Origin: Marsupella aquatica
Taxonomy: Eukaryota; Plantae; Marchantiophyta
Assembly: GCA_973895155.1 (NCBI GenBank)
Contig: OZ316899.1
Location: forward strand, 9,174,287 to 9,238,286
Direction: 5' to 3'
Length of the DNA: 64,000 bases
Numbering within the stretch: the first letter of the stretch is position 1; every line of letters begins with the position of its first letter. This document shows positions 51,356 to 64,000 of this stretch, piece after piece. Position numbers and translations under genes: made by a program. The notes under the pieces are model-generated. The model was not told where the DNA came from and did not search any database. It was given only the letters and a program-made list of their open reading frames with translations.

Positions 51356-52079
51356 CCTGGGGTCCTCACTTAATAATTTCCAACCCATCACGCGCAAATA
51401 AGTATAGGGTTTTTTAATTCAATTTTCTAGAATACTTAAGAAGTTTTGTGGAAGAACTATAGGGGTTTAAAATTAAATCCCGCAACTTAGAAGTATAGTA
51501 GGGCTGCAAAAAAACCTTGCTCTTCAATATAAGTTGTTAGTATAAGATAGGGGTATTAGCCAACAACATATATGGGGTATACGTGTCAATATTTTATTGG
51601 TCCATGTGGCAATTCCTTTCATAAGTTGGTTTAGGGGCACCATGTGGGGGACCATGTGTACTCCATGGCCAATTTGGGTCAAAATTTAAATTATGGGTGT
51701 GAGCGGGAGGTCATCTATGAGGGGGGAAGAGCAAGGGTCAGGCGCGCAGGTCGAGAGCCATTTAGGGCCATCGATCTAGGTTAGTGCCGTTTGTGTCAAC
51801 ATCATGCGGCCATACATTGGTAAGTCCATTCTTTGTTACTTGCAGCGAGACTACGACGGCCATGCAGGGCCTGATTTAGGGTAAAATCGAGCAGCAATGA
51901 TCCAACCATCTGTTTGTTGGGCCATCGGTCGGCTATGGTTTGCCCTGGCCATTTTGAGAGGTTCGTGAACGTCTTGCAGCGTTTTGGGAAAAAATTGAGA
52001 GGGTGAGTCGCGAGGGTAGGGGCTAAACGCTGCCTCGATACTTTTTGAAAGGAAATGCATGCATGCTGCAGGGCACTGC

Positions 52080-53080
52080 GATGCACTGATTGAGCAAGGT
52101 TGAAGATTGATCGAGGGCAAGATGACTGTGGATGGAGCTGTTGTGATCGGGGGGCACTAATTGCTGTGATCGGGGAGCTTTGTTGTTTGGGCTCAATGCT
52201 ACTTCCATACTTTTCCAAAGGATTTGCATGCATGTTGCAGGGCTTTACATTGAGCTGCAGCTTGATCGGGGGCGGGGCTACGACTTTACATTGAGTTGCA
52301 GCTTGATTGGGGACGGGGCTACGACTTTACATTGAGGAGCTATGACCGGGGGCAGGCTGTGATCGGGGCTGTAGCTTTTGATTGAGTTGCTGTACGTGAT
52401 CGGGGGACAAGATTGAGCAAGGCTGAGATTGATCGGGGGGACGATTGTTGATCGAGCTGCTGCTGTGACCGGGGGGACTTTTTGTTGAGCTAGAGCTGGG
52501 TCGGGGGCGGGGCTGCGAATTTCAATTGACTGAGGAGCTGTGATCGAGGGTGGGGCTGCAACTTTCGATTGAGCTGCTATGATTGGGGTGCTGCAGTTTT
52601 TGATGGAGCTCCTGTGATTGGTAAACCTAGATTGGGAATGATGGAGCTGTTGTGACCGGCAAACCTATGATCGATCAAACTTGTGATTGAGCTGTTGTCA
52701 TCGGCAAACGTGTGGTCGGGTTGCTATATCGGGCAAACCTACTTTTGGTGGAGTTTTCTATCCATTGCTCTTAGTGCTTTTGAATTGCCTATGCTGTGTC
52801 CTACTTTTTGTATAAATTGCACTCGTGATGTTAAGGGCAATGCTCATTTGTCTATATGCTTTTCAGTTTACTTGTTGCCACCTTACGCTCCGCAAAGAAA
52901 CCTCTCGTGCCATGCTAAATCGCTAGTCTGCTCTATTGCTCGCTACTCTACTCTATTTCTCGCTGCTCTGCTCTATATATTGCTCGCTGCTATGCTCTAT
53001 TGCTTGTTGCTCTGTTGCTCACTACTTAGTTTGTACCTCGTTGCTCTGTTGCTACTCTGTACCTCGCTGCTCTTTTGACA
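52080..53080. repeat. Degenerate short repeats (TTGAGCTG..TGATCGGGG array, then TGCTCT-rich tract)
   Basis: Many gatcgggg/gaccgggg units at 52080-52740; ctattgct/tgctctg units at 52920-53075. Confidence 0.7.
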
Positions 53081-54382
53081 GTCCATGCCAATGTTTGCTG
53101 TGCAATACCTTGCTTACCCATAGCTTCATTTGTTAGCCAGCTTTCTCCTCATCAAGCCAGCTCCTTTGTCCTTGATCATGTGAGCTAGTGTCGAGAGCTC
53201 TTAAAGAATCCATGTCTGTATCTCCCCCCTCTTTTGCAAGCAGATTTATGAGAGCTTGTCAAGCTTGTAAGGATCGATCCATTGAATGATGGCTTAGCAC
53301 TCCAGATGTTGAAGTGAGAAGGAACTGGGGAAGGAACTTACCAAAAGTGAACACATTTAAGTGAGAGAAATGCTTGAACTGCAGTCGCTGCACATGTTGA
53401 TCATACTAAAAGCTCATGTTCGGGTGGCAGTCCAACTCATTCCAAGTTGGCAATAGAGCTTGGACAGGAACTCTGAATTCCATGGATTGTTGAAAATCAA
53501 TTTAGAAATAGAGGCTTTGACTTGGCGCAAGGGAGCTAATTCGATCTGCAAGTGCCGTTTCATTCGATCTGCAAGTGCTTGTGGTGGAGTTTCCTCACTG
53601 TCCTATTAGTTTTGAATTGCTTCCTTTGATTCATTCTGATTTGATTTTCTTGCTCAATAGAATGTCCTGTCAATCATCTCCCTCTCTTTGTTGCTCTTGA
53701 GTTCCCTTCGCTTTGTCTAGGAGACTTTAATAGATAAACTATTAGCTCTTGGTGAATGCAATTGTGTGGCTGTTCCTCCAAGGCAATGGAAGGCATTCGC
53801 TTATACAAGGTGGGCATTGGTTTGAGTTGTGACTGAGGTGATTGTGGCTGTGATCAAGGTGCAGCAAGAGTTTTGATCCAGGTAGGGGAATAGCAGATTT
53901 GCCCTTGGTACAACATAATCCCTAGAGGCACTGTTGTTTCTCCTCTGCCAGCTTGTGTGACATTCATTTGGCTTTGTGTTGTGTAGGTTGTCCAACCAAA
54001 GGATCTCTTCAACATCTATAACTTGGAACCAGTATTATGCAGTATGGTATGCCCTGACCCTGGCTCTAGCTGAACTCAAATTGAAATTTAAAGTTGAATT
54101 TCAGTCAGCCTTTTCATATGCTCTTGACTTGTCTTGCAGATGGATTGGCTTAGGATGTAGTGGAATCATCTGAGAAGCTTCAGCAATATACCAGGGTTCA
54201 CATGTAAAGATTGTGGAAGGAGCAGGCTTCAAATATCACCATTTGCTGTAGCTACAATCAAACAAGAGATTGATTAAAGGTATGATTCTATCTAGGATGC
54301 TTGTAGTTGCAAGTTACATAATATCAATCTACTGTTCAATATATGTTGAATGGATGTTGAGGGGTTGCAAAACAAATGTTGA

Positions 54383-55099
54383 GTGAATGGATGGGCCTGT
54401 GTGCAGGGTAAAACCACTATCCAAGAAGCAGAGATGGCTTCTGATGTGCCCAGGATTGACATATTTTCCCATAAGGAGCACCACCGCATGGACCCCCCTT
54501 GCTGTTTCTTTTGTGATGAGACAGTCGATGTGGTTTTCTGTGATGGGCCTTGTAGTAGACATTTTCACTTTGTTGGTGGAAAAGGTATGCATGGGCCTAA
54601 TTGCACTCCTATCACATTGCCTAAAAACAATGACTGGAGGGCACCTTGGGTTTGTACACTCTGTGCTGCTGGTAGAGCTAGATGCTTTGCTTGTGGCCTC
54701 ATTGGCAGATTTGAACATCCCACAGCAGAAGAATCTCTTGTGCTCCATTGTGCCCACCCTTACTGTTTTTCTCATTACCACCCTGGTTGCCTTAGGGTGC
54801 TACTTATGGTTGGGGTACTGCCTGAGAGGTTTCATACAACAAAACCAAACAGCCTAATGTGCCCAAGGCATTTCTGTGAGTACTGTAAAGTCTACAAGGA
54901 TGGTATTAAAGACTTTGTACAGTGTCGCAGATGCCCTCGAAGTTGGTGTCATGATGAGAAACCTAGGGGAGTGAAACACCTCAAGAGGTGTGTGAAGGGC
55001 AGGGACCACTGGGATGTGGAAGGGTGGCATTTCATTTATTGTCATAGGCATGCAATACCTGATGGGGAATTGGTTCCTGCACAGCCACATACTTCTTAG
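54383..55099 (+). CDS. Stand-alone EDM2-like composite PHD finger ORF (238 aa, open frame)
   Basis: CFFCD..VVFCDGPCSRHFH..C..WVCTLC..RCFACG..G..C..PYC.SHYHPGCL..MCPRHFCEYC..VQCRRCPRSW..PR..WD..FIYCHRHAI...P..PH is colinear with the EDM2 PHD cluster. Confidence 0.82.
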   Translation: MNGWACVQGKTTIQEAEMASDVPRIDIFSHKEHHRMDPPCCFFCDETVDVVFCDGPCSRHFHFVGGKGMHGPNCTPITLPKNNDWRAPWVCTLCAAGRARCFACGLIGRFEHPTAEESLVLHCAHPYCFSHYHPGCLRVLLMVGVLPERFHTTKPNSLMCPRHFCEYCKVYKDGIKDFVQCRRCPRSWCHDEKPRGVKHLKRCVKGRDHWDVEGWHFIYCHRHAIPDGELVPAQPHTS

Positions 55100-55366
55100 A
55101 GTTTATGAAATTGGTAGAAATGCTTTGGTAGAGGGTTGGTACAAAGCAAACTTATTCACTAGACTAATTACATGTGAACTATGATCAACAAGATTTTGTT
55201 TGTGTTGGACTTCAACTTTTTTGATCAAAAGCTTTTTGTAACTATTGTGGAGTAATGTCTAATATGCTTCATATCGTTTTGTTTATTGTGCTGTATGGTA
55301 GGTTCATTGTGTGACTGATTGTTTTCAGAACCCCTTCACACTTAACTTTAACAAATTGATTGAAAT

Positions 55367-58300
55367 TGTGGTGCGTCCCATGGCTCCCTAGACCCAAGAA
55401 ACCCCTCTCACATGCCGATTTTGCGGCTTTAGCGGCATGGGACGCTGCTAACTTCCTTCTACTACTATTGCTATTAACATTTTACTCACATATACTGGAC
55501 AAATCCTTCATCGGGTCATGAGATACGTAGCCGGCCTATTCTCGACCTTCCCTTGTCCTCCTCTCTCGGTTTTCCTTTAGGTATGTTTGGATTCCACCGC
55601 CGGAATGATCCCCAACTGGCTTGGGTAAGCCGCTAAGACCTCTCTCAGCTCGACACATCCAACTCTTACTACCTTGCTTACTCCCTTCTTGGTTGATGTG
55701 GGCAATCTTCAAACAAGTTAATGCAACACACAAATAGCAAAATGACTCCTTCTGACTGAGTTATACCATGCACTTGCCATACACACAGTACTTCTCATAT
55801 ACAAGATCTGCAAACTAAGCCGTGAGGCCAACTCTATTCATTTCTTAGGTATGAGGAAACATGAATATACACAAGGGTCACAGTATAACTAACCGAGAGC
55901 TTCTTTAACTACTTGATCCCAGCCCTGCTGGTGCACTAAAAACTTGCTAAGGAAGAAGGCCCTGAACTCCCCGTAGCCCAGGTACTTATCCTGGTAGTGG
56001 ATCCGTCTAATTCCTTGCAGCGTAAGTCTAATCTACCTAACTGTAATCTACCTATGTACAGCGAGGCAGGAGCACAAGTGTTGCTCTTTCCAGTGGATCC
56101 GCAATCCCACTAAGCTAAGTGTCAGGGGCGCCCCTTGGTCCTGATCCTAATTCTAAACTTGGAGATCTGAGCCTGCTCGGCCCACTCATGACTCCTCCCT
56201 CCACGTCCGCCCTCCTTAAAAGGAGCGGCCCTCCACCACTGTCATGGCAGCGGTGTCTGGTCCTCAATGGACGCCCCCAACACTTCCTCCGTAGCCACTA
56301 CCGTAGGTCCGTCCTCAGACAGATTACTTGCTCCTGACCGAGTCAACTCTCCATCGGCCTGACTGGGTCCACCCTCGGCTTCGGCCTCAGCATCGGCCAC
56401 GGCCTCCCCGACATGTTCTAGTGATGGATCCGGTACCCCGGCTTCATCACCGAGTATCATGGCCCCGGCTTCATCATCCCCGCCTTCTAGGGCAAGTGGA
56501 TCCTTTGCCGTGACCCTGCCTGGTGTTGGGTTTACCTCCTTGGTCACGCCGGCTTGAGGAGCCATATTACTCCCTGACCCAAAAGGTTTCCGCTTCTTCT
56601 TCTTCTTTGGTTCGGCAGCTGGCCCCTTCCCCTTGCCACTTACCTCCGGCACCGGTGCGAGTGTCTCGGCTTGTCCTTTGGCCAGTACTACACCAGGTAA
56701 CTTGGTTGCCCCAATTGGAGTTGGTCCTAAGGAAGCCAAGCACTTAAATACTGCGGCCTGTTTCTTCAACCGCTCCATTTGGTTGTCGGCTCGCCGCTGT
56801 AAGTTCTCCATCTTCCGCGTGCTTTCCTCCAACTCCTCCTGTAATTCATGCAGGTCCTTGCGCGCTTCCTCCCGCTCCTTTTGGGCTTCCTCCAATTCCT
56901 TCTTTAAGGTCGCCTTCTCCTCCTGGGTTGCTCTCAACTCCTTGTCGAGCTCTGCAACAACCTTAGACTCCATTTTATTCATCTTGGCATAAGTCTGGTC
57001 GAACTGGTCGTCTTTCTCGCGGAGGTTGGCCTTGAAGCTGGCCGTCATGGATGCAAGCTCCTGCCGCAGCACGATAATCGTCTGATAGGATTTCCCTAAC
57101 TCGGCCTCCTTCTGCTCAAGGGCTCTGCGGATATCCTCGAGTTCCCCCTTTAGCGCCCTTTCCCTTCTCTGAGTTTCTGCCATGGCCCGATTGTTGGATG
57201 CTATGTGGGCCTCCTCTGTGTCTCTCAGCTCTCGCTTCCACTAGCTTCTCCTTCTCCTTGATCAAATTGGCTAGATCACATTGGGTCCGAGTCAGTTTAT
57301 CCTTGATAATCTAATTATCAGACTGCGCGGTATCCAATTGCCCTTGCATGATGTTGAGCTCATGTCGCTTAATCCGCAGCTCATCTTGGGCTTTCTTGGA
57401 CGCCTTCAGGTTTTCTACCTCGGCTTCCCTTGCCCTAAGCCAACGGATGACCTCGTCCTTCTTACTTCTTTCCAAAGCCACCGCTTCTTTTAATCGATGC
57501 TTCTCCAACATTTCCCTCTGCAAAAAAGGTCCCTGCTCCAACTCCTCCCCAAAGATGCCGAGCGCAAGTTCCCCACACATCTCCCCGTACTCCATGGCTC
57601 GTTCTTTAGCATAGGCAAAGTGAGCAGAAGTCATCGGCATCATCCATTGCGGCCTTTGTTCCCAGGCAGCCTTGTGAATTTCTTCTATCGTGACTGGCAG
57701 GCTGCTTCATTTTTCTGCAAGCCGCCGGATGTCCTCCGGCCATTCTCCTCCTGGTAAATCCTTCTCCCTTGCCAGGGCTGCCTCCTCTTCCTCCCTACAT
57801 CGTTCCTGAAACTCCTGTGCCGTCTGTTTGATGCCATCAAGACTCGGGGGAGCGACATCTGGTGGGGGAGACTCGGGGCTGCTCTGCTGGGTGGGGTCCC
57901 CTCAAACTACTCTTGGAAGAGTGGGGATGAACCTGCCATAGGTCCTTATTCCTGGAACATGATGGTCTGACCCGTAGCCGGAGTCATCATTGTCGTAGCC
58001 CTCTACCGCCTCCTCCTCGACTTGGACTACCGGCTCCCCCCGCTGCTGTCCTGATCCTGCCGTGAACACAACCCCATAGATCGAGGGTCCTGGTTCCTGG
58101 GTGCACTTCGGCAATCACCTGGGGAGTGAGATAGAAATCCTTCCCATACACCCTTGTGGAATTGGTCTCGGGCTCCCATGATCCCACGAATTCCAGTAAG
58201 TCTGAATCCGGCACCTCCAGCTTCAGCCATGGTAACTTTGCAAATGCTTCCAAGCCGGATCCGGCCATGAAGCCCTGGTATTTCCGAGTCTGCATAGCCG

Positions 58301-59254
58301 TAAAGCATGCATCCTCTTCCCGTGCAAAGTGTAATTGCACCTCCTTGGGGAGGGTCGCCGCCCAGCCTTTCCAGATGTCATCTCTTGTTGGGACGGCATT
58401 GACGGGGTTGACCTCCTCTTCTTCGGCTTCCGCTTGCCTCCTACTTCCCTGCTTTGCTGGTTTCCTGGGTGCCCCCGACCTCGTTCTTTTTGCAGGGGTG
58501 GCTTCTTTGTTGTTGTTCCCTTTCCTCTTCATAGCGACTGCCGTGGATGTTTCTCCTAGCACGGTTGCCTTCGTCCACCCCTCCGTGCTACCCTTCAACT
58601 CCCAGTGTATGTCATTGCAGCGGTTGATGGCCTCCCGGATGCCGACTATCTTGTTCTCACAAAACAGAAGATCATCGAGTTCGTCAGCAGTAGGCGTCCA
58701 CAAGAATTCAGCCGTAATGAGTTTTCCTCCTAAGGAAACAGACTTCTGCAGCTCCCACAGCCAAGCGAGCTCCTGCCGTTCTCGAGCCGCTCTCTCTGAT
58801 TCTTTGTCTTGGTAGGTCCCAATGTACTCAGTTGCCCGTTCTAACAGGCATCCCCCAAAATGAGCAGCTTGATTGACGTTGCTCATACCCCTCTTGAGTT
58901 GATCGTCAGTATCTGCTTCCACCCCGAGTGCTTGCCTGAGCAGCGGACAGCAATTGGCCTCCCATAGTCGTCCGCTTGGCTCATGCTTGCAAATGAGCCG
59001 CCATTCCTTGCGATTGGTCCTTACCCCCCCTGGCTGGTCTTGCTTCCCATTGGTGGCTGCCGGTACTTAGCGCGCCCTAACCCTAATCGTGTTTCCTCCC
59101 CCGGCATCCTTACTTTTGGCCTCGGCCATGGTTCCATAGTCACCCTTAATTGTTTATATTTCCCTATTTTTGTTACTATACTAAGGTGTTTCCTAGGATA
59201 CACTCCTGATTTTACTAATTAAACTGGCCTAATGATTCCTGGCTAGGCATCACA
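55367..59254 (-). mobile_element. Second copy (3888 bp, ~0.8-kb internal deletion) of the TG..CA ORF-bearing element; TSD GAAAT
   Basis: GAAAT|TGTGGTGCG ... GGCATCACA|GAAAT. Reverse-complement homologue of 40261-44935, lacking about 41390-42165. Confidence 0.9.
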
Positions 59255-59257
59255 GAA

Positions 59258-59846
59258 ATGGCTACCCAATTTGTAAAACTATTGCACAAGAAAAGAGATG
59301 TGGTGACTGATGGGAAAGATGAAGAACCTATAGCTGTGTTGGCCTTCAAAGAAGGACAAACTTTAGCTGATTTTCGAAGTCGAATTCCTGATTTGGTTGA
59401 TTTTGATTTTGATTTCTGGGATTATAGGCTTCCTGGTCGCATGAAAGTCAAGAGTGAGAAAATGACTGAGTTGTCTGAATTGGATGGGAAAGTTGCTGTC
59501 ATTGAACAAATAGGATCCTTGCCGACTGGTAGAACACAATTTCCATCAGTATCTCCTACTGTCACCCAATCGGCTGCAGTGGACTCTTCACAGGGTGAAC
59601 AGCTTCAAGAAGCTCCCCCTATGAGAGCTTCTTTTGAGTCTCTTCTCATGTCTCAGTCGGCTGTCAAAGTCTGGAATGATGAATATATAAGACTAGAGAA
59701 GTGGATTCACAAGAATGGTTATAAAGCTCATAATTGGAGAATTCGAACTTGGGATGAAGGACAGGATGTGAGAGGCCATCTGGAGTGTCTTGAGTGCAGA
59801 GTGATCTATGGGAGGGCAGACATTCACAAGATAAGAAGTCAATTGC
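59258..59846 (+). pseudogene. Unknown ORF truncated by a copia insertion; possible Zn-finger start (ECLEC)
   Basis: Open, protein-like frame MATQFVKLL...GHLECLECRVIYG. Its ATG overlaps the GAAAT TSD; cut by the LTR at 59847. Confidence 0.45.
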
Positions 59847-62800
59847 TGTTGTAATACGGAGTTAACACTAACCCGAGTCATGGTAGTAGGGTTAGTTAGT
59901 CCTAACTAACCGAAGCTTAGGTTGTTACTAACAACCTAACCGCATGTAATAGATTGAGTCCTTAGGGACTCTATAAGGTAATGGAAGTTGGAGGAAACCT
60001 CCAGTTGTTGGTGTATGTTCTACTCTCATCTTCTTGTCTTTGAATACGTTATCAGCACGAGATGCCAAAGCTGAGCATAGAATTTTTTTCTCATATACTG
60101 GCGCATGAACTGACTGTCCACGAATCAAACAAGCTAGATCACAAGCCATCAATGCCATACTGCGCACTACCCAAAAAGCGATTGTATCCACGACTCATCT
60201 TCGTGATTTTCTTCCGAACTCTGTGAAGCGTCACCCAACACTTGAGATTAATTGACCCCCACCAGAGATCAGCGATCATTCCTGCAGCGAGGCTTTGCAT
60301 TCCATCAAATCGCCCATATTCACTTTTACGAAGGAAGAGCGCCACAGTCATCCATCCACGAAATCCACACAAAAATGCTCAAGGCAGCTAAATCCGACAT
60401 TTATAGCATTTTGAACATTCGACATTGATTTCCAACAGTTCACATTCATAGACTACCCCGGATAGACACAATGACCACCGTAGAGAAACTTTTATTTGAG
60501 GCATTGTCAATCGATGGGGCCAATTACTTATCGTGGTCCCTGGATATGGAAGCACATCTCAGCTCCAAATCTCTCCAAGACACGATCACCATAGATGCTA
60601 GATGCACTCTTCAAGAGAAGGCGAAGGCCCTCATCCTCATCTGTCATCACTTAGCGGCCCCATTGAAGTGACAGTACTTGAATCAATACAACCCACGCTT
60701 ACTCTGGGAGGACCTACAATCTTGCTTCGATCACATGAAAACTATATCACTCCCTGCAGCACGCCACAATTGGATCAACTTACGAGTTCAAGACCATGCT
60801 ACAATTGCCAACTACAACAGCGAGTTATTTTGTATCACCTCACAGCTAGCAGTGTGCGATCACCCTATAGCAGACGAAGAACAAATCGAGAAGACGCTAT
60901 CGACATTTCATGCTACAAACCTGGTACTCTTGGCACAATACCGTAACATGAACTTTACCGAATATTCTGAACTAATCGCTTACATGCTATTAGCAGAAAG
61001 CACCAGATCTTGCTCCTTGAAAACGCCAAAACTCGACCACCCGGCAGTGCTGCACCACCAACCAAGACCGAGACCCACTTCAACAGAGGAGAAGGTAGCA
61101 CCAGAAGCAAAGGCAGAAGTTTCTATGGTGGCAGAGGATGTTTGACAGGAAGAGGACAAGGTCGCTTCGACCGGGGCATGGGCAGGAGCAACAACTGGTA
61201 AACATCACCAAGACGAACCTGGAACCGGAGAGGCAATAGAGGAGGAGGCCGCAGCTCCGTCCGCGGCAGAGGTCGAGGCTACGTCACCTACAACAGAGAT
61301 AAGTCTGACACTCCCACCTGTTTTAGATGTGGAACTAAAGGTCACACACAAAAAGATTGTCGTGCCCCTGCCCACTTAGTGAAGCTATATCAAGATAATT
61401 TGCATCAACTAGGCCCCGGACGTCACGGCAATTTCCTAGAGGCACCCAATGAACTTGACCAGTACGTAGTCTCTTCACCCTTACCTGAGGTTCATACTGT
61501 CTGTTACTTTACAAAGCGACCTCCCTGCCGATCCTGCTCCCACACATTGTATTGTGGACAGCGGAACATCCCACTCGATACTACGCCACAAGAAATACTT
61601 CACCAAGATCATTCGATCCAATCGCCCTGTCACAACCATTACTGGACAAAATCACATTGAAGAGGGCAATGGCCCAGCCATAATCCGATTTCTTGGAGGA
61701 ACAACCATCCGCATTTGATCAGCCATATACGCCCCTACAGCCACCCGCAACTTGATAAGTTTTCGTGATATATGGGACAACAACCTACACATCCATACCA
61801 GCAAACAAGATCGACAGGAGGTACTGCACATTTTGGCCAAAACTAATACAGGACTCATAATCAAAGAGACCCTGTTAAACCATCCTCCTGGCCTCTATAT
61901 CACTCACATATATTCATATCACACAGGAAAGGCAACCAGAACACTCACAGACCAATGGCATCTCCGCCTTGGTCATTCGGGCACCACCATGTACCACAGA
62001 ATCATTCAGGACACAGTTGGCATCCCACTTGGCGTACACCCGTCCCAAAGTAAACAAATCTACACAGCATGTTCCCAGGGTAAACTTGTCATCCGCCCCT
62101 CCATTGACAAAACCATATATTCTATACCCCGATTCCTTGAACGCCTACATGCCGATGTGTGCGGCCCTATAGACCCCCCATCAGGCCCCTTTCGATACTT
62201 CCTAGTACTCATTGATGCTTCCTCCAAATGGTCCCAAGTCTCCTTGCTATCAACCAGAAACCTTGTATTCTCTCGGATACTGTCCAACATACTGAAACTA
62301 AGATCACAATTTCCAGATGATCCAATCCGCACCCTGCAAGTCGATAATGCCGGTGAATTCACATCCCGGACATTCGACACATACTGCAAAACTGCAGGGA
62401 TCGATGTTCAATATCCTGTCCCCCATGTACACTTCCAAAATGGAATAGCTGAGTCCTTAATCAAGCGACTGCAGATGATAGCCAGACCTTTTACTGCTAC
62501 AGACCAATTTACCTATATCAGCATGGGGTCATGCCATCATACACGCCTCCTCCCTCATCAGATATAGACCATCTGCCTATAACAAGTACACCCCACACCA
62601 TTTATTGTTCGGGATCCCACCTGATGTCTCTCACCTTTGCATCTTCGGCTGCTTGGTACTGGTCCCCATTTTGGAACCCAAACGCACCAAGATGGGCCCA
62701 TAGAGACAATAGGGGATATATGTAGGATTCGACTCACCATCAATTATTTGGTACTTAGAACCATCTACAGCAGATCTATTCAAGGCACGGTTCCTTGATT

Positions 62801-64000
62801 GTGATTTTATTGAAGATGATTTCCCCAAATTAATGGACAACCAGACATCAAGTCCCCTTGTCCATACTCCGGAATTACAATGGCAGTTAAAACCCCCCTT
62901 CCAGCATGCCCCACGGACAGTCCAAACCAAAGCGGAAGTACAGAAAATCCTCCTCCTTCAACAAATGTTAGAGAAACTCCCAGACGCCTTTAATGATGCA
63001 GCAAATGTCACTCAGTCCTTAACACCAGCTGCCAATGCACCAGCACAAATCCAACCCACTCGACTAGCTACCGAAGCCCCCCCTAAGGCAAAAAGGGGCA
63101 GACCACTAGGCTCGAAAGATAGCCAACCCAGGCAACGCCGGACCACAGCTGTTGTACCTACAGCCCTAAGACCCACACCTGCACCCCCTGCACCTCAACC
63201 AACTTTAGTTAACGACAATGACGAAATAGCCATCCAATATATGCATTCAGGCAAAGTCTGGAAACGAGAAACCACTACCATAGATGATGCATTTGCATAT
63301 ATGATATCAGAAGAGATAACCAATGATACTCCAGATCCATTGACAGTAACATAATGTCAATCTCCATCACTACGATCCGGCATGATCCAGATGGCTCCTA
63401 CTGAGCCCTTAATTGTGCAAATTACAAATTCAGGACCTACTGTCCGCTCTAGTGGGCTATACCCACCACATACTACATAGCAAGTGCCTACTGCACGCAG
63501 CAAGAGACCTCCAATGGAATATGCCGTACAAATCTTGCGTTCAATGTACGGCCTAAAGCAGAGTGGCCGGATGTGGTATAAACGATTCCAAGCTTAAATG
63601 TTAGCTTTGGGATTTATAAATGATGAGCTAGCACCCTGTCTATTTATGAAATCTGAGGCAGAGGAATTCATCATAATAGCTATCTATGTAGATGACCTGA
63701 ATATATTCGGGACACCAAAACTCACAGCCCATACACTCAGTATTCTGAAGGGCACATTTGAAATGAGGGACCTTGGTCCACCTAACTTCTGCCTCGGCAT
63801 TCAGTTCGACTACCTGCACAATGGTATTCTGATTAGTCAATCTACCTACATAGAGAAGATTTTACGATAGTTCAATATGCAAGCAGCTCACCCTGTCAGC
63901 ACACCAATGGAGCTTCGCTCCTTAGACACTAACAAAGATATGTTCAGAAGGCGCGGTGAAACAGAACCTCTTCTTGGATCAAACAAACCCCACCTCTCTG
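59847..64000 (+). mobile_element. Ty1/copia Bianca-lineage retrotransposon (gag, protease, integrase, partial RT), runs off the right edge
   Basis: LTR 59847-60046; PBS CGTTATCAGCACGA (60047-60060); ALSIDGANYLSW; IVDSGTSHSIL; FLERLHADVCGP; DNAGEF; YGLKQSGRMWY; IAIYVDDLNI. Confidence 0.92.

Noticed and set aside
52683-53136. Hydrophobic 'membrane protein' ORFs
   Set aside because: Produced by low-complexity TGCTCT repeats.
40261-59254. The two TG..CA copies as the LTR pair or giant TIRs of one element
   Set aside because: They are inverted and each has its own distinct TSD, so they are independent insertions.

Overview
Eukaryotic (land-plant-type) heterochromatin made entirely of nested, mostly decayed transposable elements; I see no intact host gene. 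Many premature stops read as C>T/G>A changes (TGG>TAG/TGA, CAG>TAG, CGA>TGA), as expected for long-methylated DNA. Reconstruction from termini and target-site duplications (TSDs): (1) 1-1950, a CACTA TnpD remnant. (2) 2255-~11550, a CACTA element laid out as terminus, TnpA-like gene (-), G-rich repeats, Zn-knuckle exon, SET exon, TnpD (+). (3) ~11570-14460, a 5'-truncated L1 LINE. (4) 14491-48227, a DNA transposon with an ~11 kb core. It carries a Mutator-type DDE/SWIM transposase (+) and a divergent ParB-like/beta-class N6A-N4C DNA-methyltransferase-like gene (-). Its non-coding DNA holds 16 copies of the palindrome TAGCGCY-N-RGCGCTA. (5) Element 4 is split by a 17.9-kb CACTA (16677-34581, TSD ATC) carrying EDM2-like PHD, BRCT, ubiquitin and RPL18A fragments. 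That CACTA contains a second SET-bearing CACTA (17505-~25383), which in turn has a Bianca copia in its intron. (6) Element 4 is also split by a 4.7-kb TG..CA ORF-containing solo-LTR-like element (40261-44935, TSD ATGTC); a second, inverted copy lies at 55367-59254 (TSD GAAAT). (7) Two more Bianca copia copies and another EDM2-like PHD ORF lie to the right. Best candidates for undescribed biology: the ParB-MTase plus dispersed-palindrome transposon, and CACTA elements in which one exon can splice in frame to either a SET exon or the transposase. All domain calls come from motif recognition by eye; no database searches were run.
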